A stretch of DNA of 64,000 nucleotides. Origin: an uncultured Solirubrobacterales bacterium. Lineage in GTDB: Bacteria; Actinomycetota; Thermoleophilia; Solirubrobacterales; 70-9. Shown here in pieces: positions 43,969 through 53,003 of this stretch. The notes beneath the pieces are model-generated. The model worked only from the letters and a program-made list of their open reading frames with translations. It was not told the DNA's origin and did no database searches. The stretch covers positions 159,491-223,490 of the forward strand of contig CAVOGY010000002.1 in NCBI GenBank assembly GCA_963695675.1. Direction: 5' to 3'. The translations under genes and the position numbers were made by a program. Numbering within the stretch: the first letter of the stretch is position 1; every line of letters starts with the position of its first letter.

Positions 43969-44666
43969 GCACCGCACCCGCCGCACTCGAGTCCGTCGAC
44001 CTCGCAAGCACCACGGTGAGGGAGCTGAACCAGCGGCTCCACGATGCGGGCGCCGCAGGCCGCAGCCACTGGCGGATCGAGAATCCCGAGGGCGCCCATG
44101 CGCTCGCCGCGGGGCTGGATGGCGAGCTCGAGGTCGAGATCGACGGGCACGTCGGCTACTACTGCGCCGGGATGAACAAGCTCGCGACGGTCAGGGTGGC
44201 GGGCAATTGCGGTGTTGGCGTGGCCGAGAACATGATGTCGGGACTGGTCGTCGTGGATGGCGACGCCAGTCAGTCCGCGGGGGCGACCGGGCGCGGCGGC
44301 TTGCTCGTGATCAAGGGGAGCGCCTCCGCCCGCTGCGGGATCTCGATGAAGGGGATCCAAATCGTCGTCCACGGCTCGATCGGGCACGTCGGCGCCTTCA
44401 TGGCGCAGAAGGGCGCGCTCGTCGTCTGCGGTGACGCGGGCGAGGGCCTCGGCGACTCGATCTATGAGGCCCACCTCTACGTGCGCGGCGAGGTTGGAGC
44501 ACTCGGCGCCGACTGCGTGGAGAAGGAGATGCGCGGCGAGCACCTCGCGGAGCTGACCCGCCTGCTCGAGCTGGGGGAGGCGGACGCGAAGCCCGCAGAG
44601 TTCCGGCGCTACGGCTCGGCGCGCCAGCTCTACAACTTTCAGGTCGACAGCGCGGGCGATTACTGA
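43965..44666 (+). CDS. mgsB: GXGXG-motif protein, MgsB/GlxC-like (module 2)
   Basis: The GTG overlaps the previous stop (GTGA). Repeats read GYYCAG, NMMSGLVVVDGDAS, GGLLVIKGSASARCG and GALVVCGDAG. Confidence 0.8.
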   Translation: MSTAPAALESVDLASTTVRELNQRLHDAGAAGRSHWRIENPEGAHALAAGLDGELEVEIDGHVGYYCAGMNKLATVRVAGNCGVGVAENMMSGLVVVDGDASQSAGATGRGGLLVIKGSASARCGISMKGIQIVVHGSIGHVGAFMAQKGALVVCGDAGEGLGDSIYEAHLYVRGEVGALGADCVEKEMRGEHLAELTRLLELGEADAKPAEFRRYGSARQLYNFQVDSAGDY

Positions 44667-46048
44667 TGGCCGAGTTCGATGCCCTGCGCAAGGAGGAGGA
44701 GTACGACCCGGAGCTGGTCGATCGCTGGCAGCCGGGCCTGCGCGAGTCGGCCCTGTTCGACCGCAACGCGATCCACGAGATCCACAGGATGGCGCGGGAG
44801 GGGATCTACGACATCCGCGGCTTCGGCGCCAAGCGCCGCGTGCCGCACTTCGACGACCTGCTCTTCCTCGGGGCCAGCGTCTCGCGCTACCCGCTGGAGG
44901 GCTACCGGGAGCGCTGCGCCACCGACGTCACGCTCGGGACCCGGTTCGCGAAGGAGCCCATTCACCTCGAGATCCCGATCACGATCGCAGGCATGAGCTT
45001 CGGCGCCCTCTCAGCGCCAGCCAAGGAGGCGCTCGGCCGCGGTGCCAGCGCGATGGGGACGAGCACGACCACCGGCGACGGCGGCATGCTCCCGGAGGAG
45101 CGCGAGCACTCGAGCCAGCTCGTCTACCAGATCCTCCCCTCGCGCTACGGGGTGAACCCGGACGACCTGCGCCGAGCCGACGCGGTCGAGGTCGTTGTCG
45201 GCCAGGGGGCGAAGCCGGGCGGCGGCGGCATCCTGATGGGTCAGAAGATCTCGGACCGGGTTGCCGAGATGCGCGACCTGCCGAAGGGGGTCGACCAGCG
45301 CAGCGCCTGCCGCCACCCGGATTGGACCGGTCCAGACGACCTCGAGATCAAGATCGGTGAGCTCCGTGAGATCACCGATTGGCGTAAGCCGATCTACGTC
45401 AAGATCGGCGCCACCCGCACCTACTTCGACGTCGCCCTCGCGGTCAAGGCCGGGGCCGACGTCATCGTGCTCGATGGCATGGAGGGCGGCACCGCTGCCA
45501 GCCAGGAGGTCTTCATCGAGCACGTCGGCATCCCGATCCTGGCAGCGATCCCGGAGGCGGTCCGCTCGCTGCAGGACCTCGGCATGCACCGGGAGGTGCA
45601 GCTGATCGTCTCGGGAGGAATTCGCTCGGGCGCGGACGTCGCCAAGGCATTGGCGCTGGGCGCGGACGCGGCCTCGATCGGGGTGGCGGCCGTGGTCGCG
45701 CTCGGCGACAACTCCCACCGCTTCGAGCGGGAGTACGAGAAGATCGGCACCGCGGCCGGCTTCTATGACGACTGGCACGAGGGCCGCGACCCCGTCGGGA
45801 TCTCGACCCAGGACGACGAGCTCGCCAGCCGCTTCGACCCCGAGCTCGGCGGCCGCCGGATAGCGAACTATCTGCGCGCGATGGTGCTCGAAGCGCAGAC
45901 GATCGCCCGCGCCTGCGGCAAGACCCACGTCCACAACCTCGAGCCCGAGGACATGGTCGCCCTGACCGTCGAGGCGGCGGCGATGGCCAAGATTCCCGTT
46001 GCCGGCACCGACTGGGTGCCCGGACAGTCAACTCAGGATGGAGGCTGA
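44666..46048 (+). CDS. mgsC: FMN-dependent glutamate-synthase-domain protein, MgsC/GlxD-like, lacking the Cys motif (module 2)
   Basis: Blocks are [23 protein letters not shown] and DGMEGGTAA. The position equivalent to the Cys motif reads [19 protein letters not shown]. Confidence 0.85.
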   Translation: MAEFDALRKEEEYDPELVDRWQPGLRESALFDRNAIHEIHRMAREGIYDIRGFGAKRRVPHFDDLLFLGASVSRYPLEGYRERCATDVTLGTRFAKEPIHLEIPITIAGMSFGALSAPAKEALGRGASAMGTSTTTGDGGMLPEEREHSSQLVYQILPSRYGVNPDDLRRADAVEVVVGQGAKPGGGGILMGQKISDRVAEMRDLPKGVDQRSACRHPDWTGPDDLEIKIGELREITDWRKPIYVKIGATRTYFDVALAVKAGADVIVLDGMEGGTAASQEVFIEHVGIPILAAIPEAVRSLQDLGMHREVQLIVSGGIRSGADVAKALALGADAASIGVAAVVALGDNSHRFEREYEKIGTAAGFYDDWHEGRDPVGISTQDDELASRFDPELGGRRIANYLRAMVLEAQTIARACGKTHVHNLEPEDMVALTVEAAAMAKIPVAGTDWVPGQSTQDGG

Positions 46049-46053
46049 TCAAG

Positions 46054-47254
46054 ATGGCGAAGATCGTTTGTGTTCTCTACGACGACCCGGTGGACGGCTA
46101 TCCGCCCGCCTATCCGCGCGACGACATCCCCAAGATCGAGCGCTACCCCGACGGGCAGACGACCCCCACCCCGAGCGCGATCGACTTCTCGCCCGGCGAG
46201 CTGCTCGGCTGCGTCTCGGGCGAGCTTGGCCTGCGCAAGTTCCTCGAGGACGCCGGCCATGAGCTGGTGGTCACCGCCCACAAGGACGGCGAGGACTCCG
46301 AGTTCGACCAGAATCTCCCCGACGCCGAGGTGGTGATCTCACAGCCCTTCTGGCCGGCCTATCTGACCGCGGAGCGGATCGCAGAAGGCGCCGAACCTGA
46401 AGATGTCGATCACCGCGGGGATCGGCTCGGACCACGTCGACCTGCAGGCGGCGATCGACCACGGGATCACGGTTGCCGAGGTCACGTATTGCAACTCGAT
46501 CAGCGTCTCCGAGCACGTGGTGATGATGATCCTGGGGTTGGTCCGCAACTACATCCCCTCCTACAAGACGGTGGTGGACGGCGGCTGGAACATCGCGGAC
46601 TGCGTCTCACGTGAGTACGACGTCGAGGGGATGCAGGTCGGCACCGTCGGGGCCGGCCGCATCGGTTCGGCGGTGCTCCGCCGGATGAAGCCGTTCGAGG
46701 TCGGGCTTCACTACACCGACCGCCACCGGCTGCCGGACGAGGTCGAGGAGGAGCTCGGCGTCACCTACCACGAGACCCCCGAGGAGATGGTGGGGGAGTG
46801 CGACGTGGTCACGATCAACGCCCCGCTCCACCCCGAGACCGAGAATCTCTTCGACGACCGGATGCTCGCCCGGATGAAGCGGGGCGCCTATATCGTCAAT
46901 ACCGCGCGCGGCAAGATCTGCGACCGCGACGCGATCGCCCGAGCGCTCGAGTCGGGACAGCTCGCCGGGTATGCGGGCGACGTCTGGTTCCCTCAGCCGG
47001 CGCCCAAGGACCACCCCTGGCGGACGATGCCCTGGCACGGCATGACCCCGCACACGTCGGGCTCCAGCCTCTCGGCCCAGGCTCGCTACGCCGCCGGCAC
47101 GAGGGAGATCCTCGAGTGCCACTTCGAGGGCAAGCCGATTCGCGAGGAGTACCTGATCGTCGAGGGCGGCAAGCTCGCCGGAGCCGGCGCCCATGCCTAC
47201 AGCGAGGGCTCCGCCACGGCCGGCCACGAGGAGGCGGCGCGGTTCAAGCGTTGA
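46054..47254 (+). pseudogene. fdh: NAD-dependent formate dehydrogenase interrupted by a +1 frameshift near 46390-46396
   Basis: [45 protein letters not shown]...[21 protein letters not shown] is in frame 1. It continues as [47 protein letters not shown]...GDVWFPQPAPKDHPWRTMP in frame +1 (track ORF 46403-47254). Confidence 0.85.
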
Positions 47255-47327
47255 GTGGGTTCCATACGGCCCGGAGGCAGCATGAGTCAGGTCCCTGACG
47301 CCGGATTTCGGTAGTTGAATAGGCGAC

Positions 47328-47705
47328 ATGGATGCGGCGACGGTCAGGGCGATGCTCCAGCAGCAGTTCGAGCACGCCGGCAGCGATCCCGAGCTCTCCC
47401 ACGCGATGTACCGCGAGGACGCGGTGCTCGAGTTCCCGCAGTCGGGAGAGCGCTTCGAGGGAGTGGAGAACTTCCGCGAGTGGAGGAGCAACTATCCCGC
47501 CGAGACGGCCTTCGAATTGCGGGAGGTCAGGGGGCGGGACGATTTTTGGGTGGCTGAGCTCCTGGTGAGCTACGACGGGGGTGACCCGCACTTCGGGGTC
47601 AGCATCCTCGAGCTACGCGACGACAAGATCGCCCGCGAGTCGATCTACGTCGCCGAGGGCTGGGAGCCGCCGGAGTGGAGGGCTAGGTGGAGGGCGGCGC
47701 CCTGA
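47328..47705 (+). CDS. SnoaL/NTF2-like superfamily protein (different subfamily from the MSEEN genes)
   Basis: 125 aa: ...YREDAVLEFPQSGERFEGVENFREWRSNYP...IARESIYVAEGWEPPEWRARW. Confidence 0.65.
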   Translation: MDAATVRAMLQQQFEHAGSDPELSHAMYREDAVLEFPQSGERFEGVENFREWRSNYPAETAFELREVRGRDDFWVAELLVSYDGGDPHFGVSILELRDDKIARESIYVAEGWEPPEWRARWRAAP

Positions 47706-47725
47706 GCGCTGGCGGTTAGGCGCCG

Positions 47726-49108
47726 ATGCCGCCGGCGACTGAAAGCCCGCTCGACCGCGACCGGCTCGCCGTCCTCCTCGAGGAGGAGAAGCGGCGCTTC
47801 GTCGAGGGGCACCCCGGCTCGCGAGAGCTCTTCGAGCGCGGCCGGAGAGCGCTGCTCGCGGGCGTGCCGATGCCGTGGATGACGGAGTGGGCGAGTCCCT
47901 TTCCCGTGTTCGCCGCAAGCGCTGCGGGGGCCCGCTTCACCGACGTGGACGGCAACGACTACGTCGACCTCTGCCTCGGCGACACCGGGGCGATGACGGG
48001 CCACTCACCGCCGGCCACCGCAGCCGTGGTGGCGGAACGGGCGGCTCGCGGGATCACGCTGATGCTTCCGACCGAGGACGCAAGCTGGGTGGGGGAGGAA
48101 CTTGGGCGGCGCTTCGGCCTGCCGCGCTGGCAATTCGCCCTGACGGCGACCGACGCCAATCGCTTCGCTCTGCGCCTCGCGAGGGCAATCACCGACCGGC
48201 CGAGGGTCCTGGTCTATGCCCGGTGCTACCACGGCACCGTCGACGAGAGCTTCGCGATCGAGGTCGAGGGCGAGACTCGCTCACGGCCCGACAACATCGG
48301 TCCGCCCGTTGACCTGGCGTTGACGACGCGGGCAATCGAGTGGAACGACATTGCCGCCCTCGAGCGCGCCCTCGAGCCCGGCGACGTTGCCTGCGTGTTG
48401 GCGGAGCCCGCGATGACCAACGCCGGCATCGTGCTTCCCGATCCCGGTTACCACGAGGCGCTTCGCCAGCTCACGAGGGAGTACGGAACCCTGCTGGTGA
48501 TCGACGAGACGCACACCTTCTGCGCCGGGCCTGGTGGCTACACGGCGGCCGCGGGGCTGGAACCCGACCTGCTCACGATCGGCAAGGCGATCGCCGCCGG
48601 CATTCCCGCCGCCGCCTATGGGATGACCGAGGAGGTGGCCGAGCGGGTCAGCGCCCACCACAGGATGCTGGAGACGTCCGATGTCGGCGGCATCGGCGGC
48701 ACGCTGGCGGGTAACGCGCTGTCGCTGGCTGCAACGCGTGCGACCCTCCAGGAGGTGCTCACCGACGCGGCGTTCAGCCACATGATCGAGATGGCGAAGC
48801 GCTTCGAAGCCGGCGTGAACGACGTGATCGCCGCGCACGGCATGCCCTGGAATTCCGTCCGGCTTGGCTGCCGAGTCGAGTACCACTTCCAGCCGACGCC
48901 GCCGCGCAACGGATCCGAGGCGGTGGCGGCCGACGACGCGATGCTGGGGCGCTACATGCATCTGCATGCGCTCAACCGCGGCATCCTGCTGACTCCGTTC
49001 CACAACATGGCTCTGATGTGCCCGGCGACGAGCAGCGACGACGTCGACCGGCACACGGCGGCGTTCCACGAGGCGGTGGAAGCGCTGGCCGACTCGCGAT
49101 CTAGCTGA
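47726..49108 (+). CDS. class-III (GSA-aminomutase-like) PLP-dependent aminotransferase
   Basis: LVIDETHTF and the PLP-lysine context LLTIGKAIAAGIP. 460 aa. Confidence 0.8.
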   Translation: MPPATESPLDRDRLAVLLEEEKRRFVEGHPGSRELFERGRRALLAGVPMPWMTEWASPFPVFAASAAGARFTDVDGNDYVDLCLGDTGAMTGHSPPATAAVVAERAARGITLMLPTEDASWVGEELGRRFGLPRWQFALTATDANRFALRLARAITDRPRVLVYARCYHGTVDESFAIEVEGETRSRPDNIGPPVDLALTTRAIEWNDIAALERALEPGDVACVLAEPAMTNAGIVLPDPGYHEALRQLTREYGTLLVIDETHTFCAGPGGYTAAAGLEPDLLTIGKAIAAGIPAAAYGMTEEVAERVSAHHRMLETSDVGGIGGTLAGNALSLAATRATLQEVLTDAAFSHMIEMAKRFEAGVNDVIAAHGMPWNSVRLGCRVEYHFQPTPPRNGSEAVAADDAMLGRYMHLHALNRGILLTPFHNMALMCPATSSDDVDRHTAAFHEAVEALADSRSS

Positions 49109-49133
49109 ACATCCTCCGCCGGGTGAAGGACAA

Positions 49134-49919
49134 TTGGAGTTCGATATGGCACCGCAGGTGGGCCAGATACTGCGCGAGGCCCGCACCGAACGCGGGATCG
49201 AGCTGAGCGAGGTTGAGCGGGTCACCAAGATCCGCGTCAAGTTCCTCCAGGCAATGGAGGAGGATCGGTGGGAGGCGCTGCCGGCGCCTGCCTATGCCCG
49301 GGGTTTCCTCTCGATCTATGCCCGGTTCCTCGGTCTCGATGAGAAGGCCCTGCTGGATCAGTACGGGAAGACCGTCGAGGGGGCGGACCGCCACGAGCCG
49401 ATCCCGCAAACCGTCATCCACCCAGGTGTCCTCCGGCAGAGTCGCCCGAGCAGGCCCTCGATCAACCTCAGGCACGCCGCGACGGTGCTGGCCGGAGTCG
49501 TCGTGGTGGGGGTCCTGGCGCTGGTGATCGTCGGATCCATTGGCGGATCGAGCAACGGCGGTGGCGGTGGCCACAAGGACCGTGGAGGAAAGTCGACCGG
49601 CGCCACGGCAGCGACCACCACGACTCAGCCGACGTCAGGCGAGGTCTCTCTCGAGCTTCGCTCGACCGCGGACGTCTGGGTCTGCCTCGTCGACGACAGG
49701 GGCCGGGCCTTGGTGAACGGCGAGACCCTGACCGCCGACCAGGGGCGCGGGCCTTTCAGTGGCTCAGCGTTCGAGGTGACGTTCGGAAACGGCTCCGTCG
49801 AGATGACAGTCGATGGCCAGCCGGCGCAGATCCCGCCAGTCGCACAGCCGCTTGGCTATCGGATCACCGCGGAGGGCGTGAGCAAGCTCAGCCCCTCCTC
49901 TCAGCCGACCTGCCTGTGA
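49134..49919 (+). CDS. RodZ-like protein (N-terminal HTH, TM segment, low-complexity linker, DUF4115-like C-terminus)
   Basis: VGQILREARTERGIELSEVERVTKIRVKFLQAMEEDRWEALPAPAYARGFL, then a TM segment (AATVLAGVVVVGVLALVIV). The start is TTG 49134 or ATG 49146. Confidence 0.65.
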   Translation: MEFDMAPQVGQILREARTERGIELSEVERVTKIRVKFLQAMEEDRWEALPAPAYARGFLSIYARFLGLDEKALLDQYGKTVEGADRHEPIPQTVIHPGVLRQSRPSRPSINLRHAATVLAGVVVVGVLALVIVGSIGGSSNGGGGGHKDRGGKSTGATAATTTTQPTSGEVSLELRSTADVWVCLVDDRGRALVNGETLTADQGRGPFSGSAFEVTFGNGSVEMTVDGQPAQIPPVAQPLGYRITAEGVSKLSPSSQPTCL

Positions 49920-50034
49920 GCGAAGGGCGGCCTTTCCCATTCGGGCTGGTGGGGCTGAACACGGTGCGGCCGATAGCCCACAGAGGTAAGGGCGGAGGCG
50001 CGTCCTCGTGCCCCCTCCCCGAGTACCACTTGCC

Positions 50035-50202
50035 TCAGTACCACCTGCCGCGGGCGAATCCGCCGAACGCTATGAGCCCGATCAGCAGCACGATCAGACC
50101 GACCCAGAAGCTCCAGACGATCATCAGGACGATCCCGAGGATGACGAGGATCCCACCAAGGGAGATCCCGCCGAATCCACCGCGACGCTCTCGAGTGGCC
50201 AT
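50035..50202 (-). CDS. 55-aa two-TM small membrane protein
   Basis: AAGGAGGAG lies 3 nt before the ATG at 50200-50202. Translation is MATRERRGGFGGISLGGILVILGIVLMIVWSFWVGLIVLLIGLIAFGGFARGRWY. Not in the track. It resembles 2483-2638. Confidence 0.5.
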   Translation of the reverse strand: MATRERRGGFGGISLGGILVILGIVLMIVWSFWVGLIVLLIGLIAFGGFARGRWY

Positions 50203-50275
50203 CACTCCTCCTTGCAGGTGGTACGAGACGACAGATGGCTACCCGGCGCCGGCCTCTTCCTAACGACTCGGGCCC

Positions 50276-51250
50276 TTGACGACGATACGCCACGATTATG
50301 GTGTGGCAACCGAGCGTGTAGGTCAGCCGAAACAGGCCAAACGAACGATTCGCGGTCCCGAGATCGCCGAACTGCGAGCCTTCTGCGCCGCGGTCGATCT
50401 GGGGACCCTGGGCCGCGCCGCGGTCTCCCTGAGGATCAGCCAGCCGGCGCTCTCGAAGCGATTGCGGTCGCTCGAGGCCGCGGCTGGCACGAAGCTGCTC
50501 GAGCGCTCGCGGCGGGGCGTGGTGCCGACGGCCGCGGGCCGCCGCCTCTACCCGGAGGCCCGCCGCCTGCTTCAGCAGGCGGACGTCGTGGAATCGCTGC
50601 TCGAATCGGCCCCGAGTGAGAAGGCGCCGATCGAGCTCGCCGTGAGCCACACAATCGCTGAGTTCTTCCTCCCGCCCGAGCTCGTCGCCTACCAGGCCGA
50701 CGGCCGGCGCCCATCGGTCCAGCTCACGATCGCCAACTCCAATGCGGTGCGCCGGATGGTGGCGGAAGGCCGGGCATCGATCGGCATCGCCGCGGCCGGG
50801 CCGCACGGTCGACAGGACGGAGTCGATGAGTTGGAGGAGCTCGAGTTGCTCGAGGACGAGGTGGTGCTGGCGGTCCCGCAGGATCACGACTGGTACCGGC
50901 GTAGGCAGGTGCCCCAGGAGCGCTTTCTCGCCACCCCGATGGTCATGCGGGACCGCGATGCCCACGTCCGCCTCTGCGTCGAGGCTGAGCTGGCTGAGCG
51001 TGGCCTCTCACTCGCCGAGCCGCTGATCGAGGCCGCGAGCACGGCGGTGGCGAAGCGCGAGGCGCTCCAGCGCTCGGCCCCGGTCCTGCTCTCGGCGCTC
51101 TCACTGGACGAGGCTCGGGATCGCCTCTACCGCCGGCCCATTACGGGGTTGAGTTTTCCGCGGGGGTTCGTCGTCATCTGCCGCTCGCTCGCTTCGCTCG
51201 CACGCCAGGATCGCGACTTCGTGGACTTCATCCGGCGCCGCAGGTCCTGA
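50276..51250 (+). CDS. LysR-family transcriptional regulator
   Basis: wHTH reads LRAFCAAVDLGTLGRAAVSLRISQPALSKRLRSLEAAAG. The start is uncertain; the track uses TTG 50276. Confidence 0.8.
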   Translation: MTTIRHDYGVATERVGQPKQAKRTIRGPEIAELRAFCAAVDLGTLGRAAVSLRISQPALSKRLRSLEAAAGTKLLERSRRGVVPTAAGRRLYPEARRLLQQADVVESLLESAPSEKAPIELAVSHTIAEFFLPPELVAYQADGRRPSVQLTIANSNAVRRMVAEGRASIGIAAAGPHGRQDGVDELEELELLEDEVVLAVPQDHDWYRRRQVPQERFLATPMVMRDRDAHVRLCVEAELAERGLSLAEPLIEAASTAVAKREALQRSAPVLLSALSLDEARDRLYRRPITGLSFPRGFVVICRSLASLARQDRDFVDFIRRRRS

Positions 51251-51252
51251 GT

Positions 51253-51277
51253 CACTCATAACCAGCGGTTATGAGTG
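51253..51277. other. perfect 11-bp stem / 3-nt loop hairpin immediately after the LysR stop
   Basis: CACTCATAACC-AGC-GGTTATGAGTG. A third CATAACC half-site follows at 51279-51285. There is no U tract on either strand. Confidence 0.6.
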
Positions 51278-51444
51278 CCATAACCGAGTGCTGCCCACAA
51301 ATCCCGGCGATTCCCTTGCCGTTTGCGGGCCGCGACCTACTCTCGAATCAGGTCGGCGCAGTATCGGCCGCGTTCTAGGTGATACCCAGCGGCCCCTCAG
51401 TCCGACCCAAACATATAAGTACCTCTCCTCCCTGCAGCACCTGT

Positions 51445-51468
51445 AGCGCCCCGCTCCGGCGGGGCGCT
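51445..51468 (-). terminator. GC-rich hairpin directly downstream of the 5'-3' exonuclease gene
   Basis: AGCGCCCCG-CTCCGG-CGGGGCGCT (9-bp stem) sits 9 nt beyond the stop at 51477. On the plus strand it is followed by TCTCGT, so it could act in either direction. Confidence 0.55.
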
Positions 51469-51476
51469 TCTCGTAT

Positions 51477-52343
51477 CTAGGACCGCGCCTTATCCAGCAG
51501 CCGCTCGGCGAGCCGGTTCATGCCGCGCTCGCGAGCCGCTTTGGCAGCGCCTCGGTAATCGGTGCGCTTGTCCCGGGGGCGGCTGACCTTCGCGGTTCGC
51601 AGTGTGGCGACGTCCTTGAAGGCGCGCAGCTGGTCCCGGTCGCCGACAAGCGCCATGCGGAGCGCCGGCCGTGTCTCCCTGATGGCGGTGTCGAGAACCT
51701 TCTCGAGGGATCCGTGCTTGCGGAGCAGCTCCACGGCCGTCTTCTCGCCGACGCCCTTGGCTCCGGGAATGCCGTCCGAAGGATCGCCGCGGAGCGCGAT
51801 CAGGTCGGGGACGAGCTTGGGTGGGATCCCGTAGCGCTCCTTCACCTCCGCCGGGCCCATCGGCTGCCCGCCCTGCGTGCCGGTGCTGACGTAGAGGACC
51901 TTGGTGGAGCCGCTCGCGCACTGGAACATGTCGCGATCGCCGGTCATCAGCAGGCTCCGGCCGCCTGCCTTCCGCTCCTTCTCGGCCAGGGAACCGAGCA
52001 GGTCGTCTGCCTCGAGGGTCTCGCTCGTCGCGATCTTCCAGCCGAAGGCCCCGAAGAAGTCGGCGGAGTCCTCCCACTGCGGGCGCAGCTCGTCCGGGAA
52101 GGCCGCCTCACGGTCGGCGTGGTAGGCCGGGAAGAGCTCCAGTCGGTACGCGGCGGCATCGGGGCCGAAGCAGAGCACCACGGCCCGCGGGTCGTGTGTC
52201 TCGACCTCGCGGAGGATCAGGTTGGCGGTGCCGAGCAGCGCGTTGACCGGATTGCCGGCCGGTCCCTTGATCGACTTTGGCAGGGCGTAGAACGCCCGAA
52301 AGAGCATCGAGGGGGCATCGACCGCGAGCAGGGGGCGTGGCAC
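51477..52343 (-). CDS. 5'-3' exonuclease (FEN / Pol I N-terminal domain-like)
   Basis: LLAVDAPSMLFRAFYALP, LEADDLLGSLA, GDRDMFQ and the H3TH block DGIPGAKGVGEKTA. Confidence 0.85.
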   Translation of the reverse strand: MPRPLLAVDAPSMLFRAFYALPKSIKGPAGNPVNALLGTANLILREVETHDPRAVVLCFGPDAAAYRLELFPAYHADREAAFPDELRPQWEDSADFFGAFGWKIATSETLEADDLLGSLAEKERKAGGRSLLMTGDRDMFQCASGSTKVLYVSTGTQGGQPMGPAEVKERYGIPPKLVPDLIALRGDPSDGIPGAKGVGEKTAVELLRKHGSLEKVLDTAIRETRPALRMALVGDRDQLRAFKDVATLRTAKVSRPRDKRTDYRGAAKAARERGMNRLAERLLDKARS

Positions 52344-52440
52344 GCCGCGGACGCTAACGCGAGACGCGCATCGGAGGATGTCGGGCAGCGCGACCGCGCC
52401 GAGTCGTCCCTTGTCGCCGAGTCGTTAAGGTCGCCCGGCG

Positions 52441-53001
52441 ATGAGCCCGGACCCGCGGATTCCGCCGCTACCTCCCTCGGAGTGGAAGGGCGACCTCGAG
52501 CGGATCCTGGAGGCGACCCCGCCAGGAACCGACCAGCGGCTGGGCGAGAACAACATCTTCCCGACCTTCGCGAAGCATCCCGACCTCTTCCGCGCCTGGC
52601 TGCCGTTCGGCGGCTTTCTGCTGACGGCGGGTAGGCTCCCCGGCCGCGACCGCGAGCTGCTCATCCTGCGCACGGCCGTCCTCTGCGACTCCTCGTACGA
52701 ATGGGGCCAGCACGTGCGGATCTCGCTCGACGGCGGCATCGACCGCCAGACGATCGGTCGCGTCCTCGAGGGGCCGGACGCCGACGGCTGGAGCACGCAC
52801 GACGCGGCTCTGGTGCGCGCCGCCGACGAGCTTCATCAGGATTCGCGAATCTCCGACCCCACATGGGGGGCGCTCGCCGAGGCCTATGACGCCGAGCAAC
52901 TGATCGAGGCGACCATGGTCGTGGGCCATTACCACATGCTCGCGTTCGCGCTGAACAGCTTCGGGGTCGAGCTCGACGAGGGCCTCGAGCCGCTGCCCTA
53001 G
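52441..53001 (+). CDS. carboxymuconolactone decarboxylase (AhpD-like) family protein
   Basis: LPGRDRELLILRTAVLCDSSYEWGQHV is typical of the CMD domain. 186 aa. Confidence 0.75.
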   Translation: MSPDPRIPPLPPSEWKGDLERILEATPPGTDQRLGENNIFPTFAKHPDLFRAWLPFGGFLLTAGRLPGRDRELLILRTAVLCDSSYEWGQHVRISLDGGIDRQTIGRVLEGPDADGWSTHDAALVRAADELHQDSRISDPTWGALAEAYDAEQLIEATMVVGHYHMLAFALNSFGVELDEGLEPLP

Positions 53002-53003
53002 CC

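Noticed and set aside
46385-46405. Programmed ribosomal frameshift or selenocysteine recoding in fdh
   Set aside because: NAD-dependent FDHs of this type contain no selenocysteine. There is no slippery X-XXY-YYZ heptamer and no in-frame TGA at the junction. An indel, real or artefactual, is the simpler explanation.
49901-50965. 354-aa minus-strand ORF
   Set aside because: It is antisense to the LysR gene and also runs through the small membrane-protein ORF. It has no motifs and biased composition.
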